Shown: positions 31,177 through 38,498 of the stretch, in pieces | How positions within the stretch are numbered: the stretch's first letter is position 1 | Layout of the letters: every line of letters begins with the position of its first letter | NCBI GenBank assembly: GCA_964424195.1 | Contig: CAYRHT010000005.1 | Location: forward strand, 8,864-72,863 | Direction of reading: 5' to 3' | DNA: 64,000 nucleotides | From: an uncultured Gammaproteobacteria bacterium | GTDB lineage: Bacteria; Patescibacteriota; Patescibacteriia; UBA1558; S5-K13 | Position numbers and translations under genes: made by a program | The notes under the pieces: model-generated | The model's input: the letters and a program-made list of their open reading frames with translations, nothing else | What the model was told of the DNA's origin: nothing | Database searches by the model: none

Positions 31177-31683
31177 TTAATTTTGTTTGGATAAGAAACT
31201 TAACAAGTTGAATATTGTTTTGTTGTTATATACAACAAAAGTAATTTGTTTCAGTGTAGGATTTTTTTGTGATTTCTGAAACATTTTAATACCAGCTGTA
31301 ATTTCTTGCAGAGCTTCCTCATTTGTTTTTTCAACAACGCCGTTCATTACTCCTAAACGGATAGTAGGAATAGCTATGGTTTTAACACCGTTATCATTTG
31401 CAGCAACTAATCCGTGATAAATAACCTCTCTTAATTTTGACTCAAGGTCATCAACAACAAATACAATGTGGTTAAATTGACCTTGATGATTATCTCTACT
31501 TCCTGAAGCAAAGATTGTGTTGAGATTACTAAGAGGTAATTCATAGGGATGATAAGTATTGCCAGCGACGCGTTGAATAGCAGCGTCAATTCCTCCAAAC
31601 CACATCTTACCAGAGTTGATGGCTGTCATAATCGCATCAACTTTAATTTGGGTAATATCACCCTCAATAACATTGATTTTCAT
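31177..31683 (-). CDS. macro domain (ADP-ribose binding/hydrolase) protein
   Basis: IEGDITQIKVDAI..AINS...GGIDAAIQRVAG; TIAIPTIRLGV. Confidence 0.85.
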   Translation of the reverse strand: MKINVIEGDITQIKVDAIMTAINSGKMWFGGIDAAIQRVAGNTYHPYELPLSNLNTIFASGSRDNHQGQFNHIVFVVDDLESKLREVIYHGLVAANDNGVKTIAIPTIRLGVMNGVVEKTNEEALQEITAGIKMFQKSQKNPTLKQITFVVYNNKTIFNLLSFLSKQN

Positions 31684-31966
31684 TTTTCCTCCAAAGGTAT
31701 TTTTTATTAGACTATTATATGGAAGTATTTAATCTAATTTGTTATGATAGCATATTTTATTATGTTTGTCAATGATTTGAGCATTGTTTTAATATTATAA
31801 TTGTAGATTTATATTAGGACCTGCTTTTAATTCTTCTAGTTTAATTTTTTGTTTCTCTTAGCCTATAATTCTTAACATATTTGCTACTCATCATAAATAT
31901 GGAAAATAAGGCCTAGACCCCATTTTTCTCTTTACAACGGAGAAATTTAGCTCTATTATATAAAAT

Positions 31967-32686
31967 ATGAAAATTAAATTATCAAAAAAAGACACAGAAA
32001 AAGCAGGAGAATTAAAATTAGACTTAGATATTTATTTAGAAATTAAAAAAGCTGGTTTATTAAAAAAATGTTCTCCAGAACAAAAATGTTCTTTCGGTAG
32101 TACTTCAAATGCTCTAAGTTCTTTATTAAATAAATACAGGATTGACGATTTAATAAAAATACGAACAAACGAATATAAAAAAGGGAAAGAGTTATTTATA
32201 GGGTCACTCTTTGGTTTTATTCTTGAAAAGATAACAAAAAATAATTTTGTCGTATGTATTCCATATAAAGACAGCGAGGGTGTTGATTTGTATATAAGAG
32301 AAATTGATTATAAGAAGAAAAATATAATTATACATCCTATACAGATATGTGAATTTCCCGAAAAGTATTTGAAAATTACAAACAAACCTTTTGAAGATAA
32401 TCTTTTTAATTTTATAATTGATAAAAAGTTTAGATTTGTTTCAAGTAATACAATGTTATTAGTTTGGATAGAGTTAGAAAACAATAAAAGGTTAGAACGA
32501 GATAGCATTATTAAATTGATAGAAAGATTTAAGGGGTGTAAAATAAATCCTTATGGTCAGATAGTCCTAATTGGTCGTGCAAAAGATGCTATATTTAATA
32601 TACTAACCTTATACTCTAAAAGTAATGATTATTTTGTTTTACAATATAATATAGAAAATAATAAAATAGGGCAGATGAAAATTTAA
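31967..32686 (+). CDS. hypothetical protein, possible PD-(D/E)xK-like fold
   Basis: 'GVDLYIREID...PIQICEF' loosely resembles a nuclease core. Confidence 0.45.
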   Translation: MKIKLSKKDTEKAGELKLDLDIYLEIKKAGLLKKCSPEQKCSFGSTSNALSSLLNKYRIDDLIKIRTNEYKKGKELFIGSLFGFILEKITKNNFVVCIPYKDSEGVDLYIREIDYKKKNIIIHPIQICEFPEKYLKITNKPFEDNLFNFIIDKKFRFVSSNTMLLVWIELENNKRLERDSIIKLIERFKGCKINPYGQIVLIGRAKDAIFNILTLYSKSNDYFVLQYNIENNKIGQMKI

Positions 32687-32705
32687 TAATAAATAATATA
32701 TTGAA

Positions 32706-33785
32706 ATGGATAAAAAATTAACCATATATAATCAGAAAAACTTTATAACTAAATCTAAATTAAAAAGTTTTTGTAAAGATAGAAAAATTTTATTTTTTGA
32801 TAACCTTTTAGATTTATATGAAAGCAAAAATATATTTGAACCAATCTATAAGGAAAATAACGAAAAATATTATGACCCTTTTCAAATGGTTATTTTAGGT
32901 TCATTAGATAAATGGATTAAAGGTTCTTTATTGTCATATATCTATCCTAATAATCAGTTTAATATTGATAGTTGTTTAGATGAGTTTAAAAAGAAAAATT
33001 TTGTTAGTAATTTTAATGAACTCTTGCCTCTGCTTATAGAACTACGTTATTATTATTTGCCAGATTTAGAAAGTGTAATAACTCTTAAGAGATATCCTAT
33101 TTTTGATAAGAATAATAAAATAATTGATTGGAAGCCTAAAGATTGGGAAGATTGGGAGAAAGATAGAAAGTCGGAAGATGTAAAAAAATTGTTTAAAAAA
33201 TATAATATAAAGGTCAAATTTTTAGAAGATTTTATATGTGATTTGGTGGCTTTAGCAGAAAATATTGACCCAGCAAAAAGGTGGTATTCTTTCATTAAGA
33301 GAATAAGAAAAGCTGATAATCAAAAATTTAAACAATTAAGCGGTGATATATTATTAGCTTATGATTATTATACTATCGCTGAAATTTTAACTTTATTTTT
33401 AAAGGACACAATAAATACAAATGTTCTTGATGTTGATAGTTATTCGGATGCTAGAGGTGGTAAATGGAAGATAAAAATATGTAGTGAATGTGGTAAGGAA
33501 TTTAAACCTCTTAGTTTTAGAGAAAAATTTTGTGATAAATGTAAGGACAAAATGTTTAAACAAAATTTTGCTTCTTGGAGGTGTGAGAAATGTAGTACAA
33601 AATTATCAAAGTATTATGATGGCACTGAGATGTTAAGCAGTGTTTATGACAACAAAAGAATGAAAGGAAAGGACAGAAGATTACTTGTTTCATCAAAAGT
33701 AGTTTATGGTAAAGTATTATTAACAGCAAGATGTGGAAAGTGTGGTAAGGTGAATCACAAATATTTAGATGTAGGCTGGATTTGA
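32706..33785 (+). CDS. hypothetical protein with C-terminal Zn ribbons
   Basis: CSECG..FCDKC, CEKC, CGKCG. Confidence 0.55.
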   Translation: MDKKLTIYNQKNFITKSKLKSFCKDRKILFFDNLLDLYESKNIFEPIYKENNEKYYDPFQMVILGSLDKWIKGSLLSYIYPNNQFNIDSCLDEFKKKNFVSNFNELLPLLIELRYYYLPDLESVITLKRYPIFDKNNKIIDWKPKDWEDWEKDRKSEDVKKLFKKYNIKVKFLEDFICDLVALAENIDPAKRWYSFIKRIRKADNQKFKQLSGDILLAYDYYTIAEILTLFLKDTINTNVLDVDSYSDARGGKWKIKICSECGKEFKPLSFREKFCDKCKDKMFKQNFASWRCEKCSTKLSKYYDGTEMLSSVYDNKRMKGKDRRLLVSSKVVYGKVLLTARCGKCGKVNHKYLDVGWI

Positions 33786-33957
33786 CAAATTTAAATAAGT
33801 GATTTACCATATAAGTAACAATAGAATATATTAGCGGTCTGCGGACTGCCGTGAGCTAGCGAAGAAAGGCTAGACAAATAACTGATAAAGTTTTCAGTTG
33901 GTTGTCTGGCTTTTTTTATTTTGAACCGATTGTCTTTATCAGATAATCGGTTTTTTT

Positions 33958-34137
33958 ATGAAAATTAAAACTCCCAAATTAAATAAATATCAAAAAGAAA
34001 CAATTTCTGAGCAATTGGCAGAGTTTTTTTATTCGTTTTGGATAAATCAAAAAAATAATTTAATAAATAGTGATAACAAAATCATTGTTTCAAAGTCGGG
34101 TTTTCGGGAGAATTTTCCTGATAATTTGAAACAATGA
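33958..34137 (+). CDS. possible 59-aa protein upstream of Rep (not in the ORF track)
   Basis: MKIKTPKLNKYQKETISEQLAEFFYSFWINQ...LKQ*, read manually. Confidence 0.4.
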   Translation: MKIKTPKLNKYQKETISEQLAEFFYSFWINQKNNLINSDNKIIVSKSGFRENFPDNLKQ

Positions 34138-34146
34138 TTTTGTTAT
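34073..34146. repeat. perfect 22-bp inverted repeat with 30-nt spacer, candidate origin
   Basis: ATAACAAAATCATTGTTTCAAA ... TTTGAAACAATGATTTTGTTAT, 17 nt before the Rep start. Confidence 0.8.
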
Positions 34147-34163
34147 TATAAAAATTCTCCAAA

Positions 34164-35306
34164 ATGGATACTGTTAGATTAAAATTTAGATATAATCCAC
34201 CGTCAAATAGTTTTTATTTCAAAGAAAAAATACATTCAAAAGAATTAGATTTAAAAAATAACTCTGGCAGTCGTTTTGTGTATACCAATAATAAATGGAG
34301 AAGAGAAAGAAAATCTAAACATCTTTACACTCCTAAATACTGGATAGAAGATGATTTTTTAAATCCGAGAATCAAACATTTTGTTACGGAATTTTCTGTA
34401 GGCAAAGCAATAAACAAAGAAAATTTAACTGATATTAAAAGTAATGATATAAATAGAGTAGTTTCTTATTTAAAAAACTTTTTTAAAGAAATTGGAATTT
34501 ATATTTTTGAAGCACAGATATTAAATAGTGTACCAATAGTTTTATCTTTCGGAAAAAATATAAACATAACTAAGTTATATTCTTGTAGCTTAGTTATGAG
34601 AGCATTACAAAATTTTAATGATAGGTTTTGTTCAGATTATAGAATGATTTTCTTTGAAAATAAGAAAGGTGAGGAAATATATTTTAATTCTACTAATTCA
34701 ACTTTTAAAGTTTATTCTAAAATACCAGAAATATGTAATAATGCTGTAACTGAAAAAGAGTCAAATATAGCAAAAATATATAATCAAAAAAAATATGGTG
34801 CAGAAAAGGTCACAGTTTTAGAGATTTTGAGATTTGAGGAGACATTAAAGAAAAAACAAGCAATTATTCAAAAAGCTAAGAAGTATATAAAAGGAGAACC
34901 GACTTTTGAAAAATGGTTTAATGAAGATATATGGAACGATATTTTAAGAAGTGAGGTAAATAAAATATATAATCATCCTTTAAAAAATTTTATATTTTTA
35001 GCACCACAGAATAAACCAATCATAGACGCTTTTTTAAATAAAAATTTTAAGGATATTAAAGTAAAAAATACAGTATATGGAATATTAGCATCTTTACAAG
35101 AAAAAGGATTGAAGGGAACTAGGAATGATTATTTTAATACTTATAAAAGTAGACAAACTTGGTACAATTATATAGGACGAATTAAAAAACTTGAAAAATA
35201 CATTGATTATTCGTTATTAAAAAATGTAACTTCTATAGGAGTATTAGATTATATATTACAAAAATTTGATATTGAGACTAAATTACAAACAAAATTTGAT
35301 ATTTGA
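34164..35306 (+). CDS. putative rolling-circle replication initiator (Rep_trans / phage gpII-CRI-like)
   Basis: N-terminal MDTV; 'FKVYSKIPE' and 'LRFEETL' motifs; C-terminal 'SRQTWYNYIGRIKKL' HTH-like segment. Confidence 0.6.
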   Translation: MDTVRLKFRYNPPSNSFYFKEKIHSKELDLKNNSGSRFVYTNNKWRRERKSKHLYTPKYWIEDDFLNPRIKHFVTEFSVGKAINKENLTDIKSNDINRVVSYLKNFFKEIGIYIFEAQILNSVPIVLSFGKNINITKLYSCSLVMRALQNFNDRFCSDYRMIFFENKKGEEIYFNSTNSTFKVYSKIPEICNNAVTEKESNIAKIYNQKKYGAEKVTVLEILRFEETLKKKQAIIQKAKKYIKGEPTFEKWFNEDIWNDILRSEVNKIYNHPLKNFIFLAPQNKPIIDAFLNKNFKDIKVKNTVYGILASLQEKGLKGTRNDYFNTYKSRQTWYNYIGRIKKLEKYIDYSLLKNVTSIGVLDYILQKFDIETKLQTKFDI

Positions 35307-35612
35307 ATTTGATAATAATAGAAAGTAATAAACGTTTAATAATAAGCGTTTTTTTGTTATTTATGTATTACGTCACTATTTGTCTAATCTTTTATACATT
35401 TTACTTGCCTTTATTAGTTATAAAAATTATAATTAACTCGTATATAGCCTAAGTTTCCCATTTGGAAATATGGCTTCAAAACCAATGAAGAATAGTGGAC
35501 TCTCCGTTCAGTATCTTCATTGGTTATAACCTGAAAGGGTTATAGGGGCGTAAAAACCTCACTAGCGGAGGGTCTTTTGTTTTTTCTGCTAATTTATCAA
35601 TAAATCAAAGTT

Positions 35613-35816
35613 ATGAAATGTTTTAATTGTAAAGAGGAGTTTGAAAAGCCTAAATATGGGAGAAGTAAAAGTATACTGATATTATTATTTTTATTCTTTT
35701 TCCCTGGCTGGATTTTTTATTTAATAATCAAACCTCAATGGATTTGCCCTCATTGTGGAAACAAAGTCGTAAAGACAGAATTTAATAAAGTTATAAAGAA
35801 AAAAGATAAAAAATAA
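35613..35816 (+). CDS. small membrane Zn-ribbon (LITAF-like) protein
   Basis: CFNC - hydrophobic hairpin - CPHCG. Confidence 0.65.
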   Translation: MKCFNCKEEFEKPKYGRSKSILILLFLFFFPGWIFYLIIKPQWICPHCGNKVVKTEFNKVIKKKDKK

Positions 35817-35840
35817 AGTTTTATCAATAAATATAAAAAT

Positions 35841-36950
35841 ATGAAAAAAGTATTTAAAAGTTTATTAGTTGTAATCATCATCCTAGGATTATTACCAACT
35901 AGCTTTGCTAATGCTGAAGATTTAGGAAGTAGATTAAAAGGTAAGCTTCTATTACAAGTAAATCAAGGCGGTCGGATTTGGTATGTTAATCCAACTGACA
36001 GTAAAAGATTTGAAATAACATTTGCTAATGCTTTACCTTTGTTTGAAAATTTTGCTCTTGGTATTACAAACAAAGATTTAGATGACATTCCAAAACATAG
36101 TGATGATTGGACATCTGTAGTAGGAAACAGACTAAAAGGTAAATTATTACTACAAGTTGAACAAAGCGGTCGGATTTGGTATGTAGATTTTAATGGCAAA
36201 AGGTGGGAAGTTACTTGGGCTAATTTAATGACCTTATTTGAAAGTTTAGCATTAGGTATTACAGACGAAGATTTAAACCAAATATCTACTGGAGATTTAG
36301 ATAATCAATCTAGTTCTACAGAAGAAGAATATGATTATTATTTAGTAACCAGAATTATAGACGGAGATACTATTGAAGTTAATATTGACGGAACTACAGA
36401 AGCAATCAGACTTATTGGAATGGATACTCCTGAAACCAAAGACCCAAGAAAACCAGTCCAATGTTTTGGACAAGAAGCTTCTGATAAAACTACAGAGCTT
36501 TTATTAAATAAAGAAATTAGACTAGAAAGTGATTCTACTCAAAATGACAGAGGTAAATATGGACGACTTATAAGATATATTTATACTCAAGATAATATAT
36601 TTTTTAATAAATGGATGGTTGAAAATGGTTATGCTTACGAATATACCTATGGAACACCATATCAATATCAACAAGAGTTCAAAAATGCCCAAATCTACGC
36701 TGAAAACAATCAATTAGGCTTATGGAGTCCCGATACTTGTAATGGAAGTACAAAATTAGATTCTGACCCAGCAGAAGAACAAACAACTGAACATATATGG
36801 TATACATCTTCTCATCATACAGCTGAATATTATTATTGTGATACGGATTCTACTTGGGAGAGTTTATCAGAAAGCTATTTAAAACAATTTAATTCAGAAG
36901 AAGAATTATTAAATAACTATGAGCGTGTTTTACACGAACCTTGTCAGTAG
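35841..36950 (+). CDS. secreted thermonuclease (SNase family) with two N-terminal CPR surface repeats
   Basis: IIDGDTIEV, IRLIGMDTPE, YGRLIRY, GLW; two 'LKGKLLLQV..GRIWYV' repeats. Confidence 0.85.
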   Translation: MKKVFKSLLVVIIILGLLPTSFANAEDLGSRLKGKLLLQVNQGGRIWYVNPTDSKRFEITFANALPLFENFALGITNKDLDDIPKHSDDWTSVVGNRLKGKLLLQVEQSGRIWYVDFNGKRWEVTWANLMTLFESLALGITDEDLNQISTGDLDNQSSSTEEEYDYYLVTRIIDGDTIEVNIDGTTEAIRLIGMDTPETKDPRKPVQCFGQEASDKTTELLLNKEIRLESDSTQNDRGKYGRLIRYIYTQDNIFFNKWMVENGYAYEYTYGTPYQYQQEFKNAQIYAENNQLGLWSPDTCNGSTKLDSDPAEEQTTEHIWYTSSHHTAEYYYCDTDSTWESLSESYLKQFNSEEELLNNYERVLHEPCQ

Positions 36951-36955
36951 AATAT

Positions 36956-37207
36956 ATGACTAAAATAAAAGATAAAAAAACTTATGAAGAGTTTGAGAAA
37001 TTTGTTCTTGAGTTTAGAAACTCTGTTATTGATTGGATGATAGAAGACCCAGTCGGAGTTGATAATTTTCAACGTTTTGTTAAAGAAATGATGAGTAAAT
37101 ATGACAACAAGGATAAAAAATTAGATAGTATTAAAAATAAAAAGAAAGAAAATAATTCAATTTCGGGAGATTTTCATAATATTCTAATAGAAAATGCTTT
37201 TGAATAG
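36956..37207 (+). CDS. hypothetical protein
   Basis: ORF directly after the nuclease; terminator GAACCGCC..GGCGGTTC at ~37211-37234. Confidence 0.5.
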   Translation: MTKIKDKKTYEEFEKFVLEFRNSVIDWMIEDPVGVDNFQRFVKEMMSKYDNKDKKLDSIKNKKKENNSISGDFHNILIENAFE

Positions 37208-37243
37208 AAAGAACCGCCTAATTAAAGGCGGTTCCACGTGGTA

Positions 37244-37363
37244 TTACTTACCAGTTCTTATACGCTCTTTTTCAGTAATTCTAGAGTGAAGATTAGCATA
37301 CCTTTCGGTTACAAATCTGCCAGTTACTGAGCTTCTATGAGCGGTTCTTCGTTGACCTTTCAT
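37244..37363 (-). CDS. 39-aa basic protein MKGQRRTAHRSSVTGRFVTERYANLHSRITEKERIRTGK (not in the ORF track)
   Basis: AAAGGA SD 11 nt upstream; 'RSSVTGRFVT' motif; ends at the bidirectional terminator; divergent from the XRE gene. Confidence 0.7.
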   Translation of the reverse strand: MKGQRRTAHRSSVTGRFVTERYANLHSRITEKERIRTGK

Positions 37364-37621
37364 ATCAGTATTAGTCCTTTCATAATTATAATATAGTTCA
37401 AATTAACTCTTTTAAATTATCTTAAAGTATAGTATAATTTAATTATAAATAGGGTTATACACAGTGCCAATCTTTTCGTTAAATTTCAGGAGCACTATGT
37501 ATAGGGAGTGTTATTACCACTCCCTATAATTGTAACATATTTTGTGTGTAATACCAAACTTGTTTACTATTTACAAACAAATCATATAGAGCTATAATTA
37601 AATTAGGAGTTAATATTTAGT

Positions 37622-37936
37622 ATGATAGATAAAAATAAAGAAAAACATTTTTATATAATCCTAGGAAGGATTATAAGGAAGATACGTGAGGAAAGTAAAT
37701 ATTCTCTAGAAAAATTCAGTGAGGTTACTGAATTAGGACTTGATAAATCTACAATGTCTACCATTGAAAATGGTAAACAGAGATTGTCCCTTTATCAATT
37801 ATATTTAATTTCTAAGGCAATAGACGTACCTGTTAGTAAAATTATTTTGGACATAGAAGACGTTATTAAAAATTCTGAGGAAGAAGATAACTTAAAATTA
37901 AGTGAAAAAGATAAGTTTAAAATAGATAATATATAA
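37622..37936 (+). CDS. XRE-family HTH transcriptional regulator
   Basis: IRKIRE..YSLEKFS..LDKSTMSTIENGKQRLSL. Confidence 0.85.
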   Translation: MIDKNKEKHFYIILGRIIRKIREESKYSLEKFSEVTELGLDKSTMSTIENGKQRLSLYQLYLISKAIDVPVSKIILDIEDVIKNSEEEDNLKLSEKDKFKIDNI

Positions 37937-37940
37937 AACT

Positions 37941-38480
37941 ATGTCTAATATTTTAATGCAAAAATTAGCAAAGGATTCTGCTAATAAGATTATTGATGAA
38001 CTCAAGATTAAATCTGGTTCAGTTAATGTTGAAAAAATTGCAGAATCAATGGGAGTAGAAGTTTTAAAATTAAATTTTTCAGATGATAACTTGTCTGGTA
38101 TTTTAAAAAAAATTGGAAAGTCTGGTAAGCCAGTTATAGCTGTAAATAGTAATCATTCAAAAGAAAGACGTAGATTTACTATAGCTCACGAAATAGGTCA
38201 TTTTATACTTCATAATTTTGATACGATTCATATAGACTCTGATAGTCGAATGTATTTTCGAGATGGTAAATCTTCTTTAGGGAGCGACATAAAAGAAATA
38301 CAGGCTAATCAATTTGCAGCTGAATTATTGATGCCAGAAAGATTTTTAGTGAAAGATTTACAAGAATTTTATAAAAATGAAAAAGAAGATAATATTCTAG
38401 GCTTCATTAAAAAATCAGCAGATAAATATAGGGTTAGTAAACAGGCTATGACAATACGCATAGGTAGCTTATTGTCTTAA
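37941..38480 (+). CDS. ImmA/IrrE family metallopeptidase
   Basis: RRRFTIAHEIGH; EIQANQFAAELLMP. Confidence 0.92.
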   Translation: MSNILMQKLAKDSANKIIDELKIKSGSVNVEKIAESMGVEVLKLNFSDDNLSGILKKIGKSGKPVIAVNSNHSKERRRFTIAHEIGHFILHNFDTIHIDSDSRMYFRDGKSSLGSDIKEIQANQFAAELLMPERFLVKDLQEFYKNEKEDNILGFIKKSADKYRVSKQAMTIRIGSLLS

Positions 38481-38498
38481 AAAAATAAAAATTCTCCT

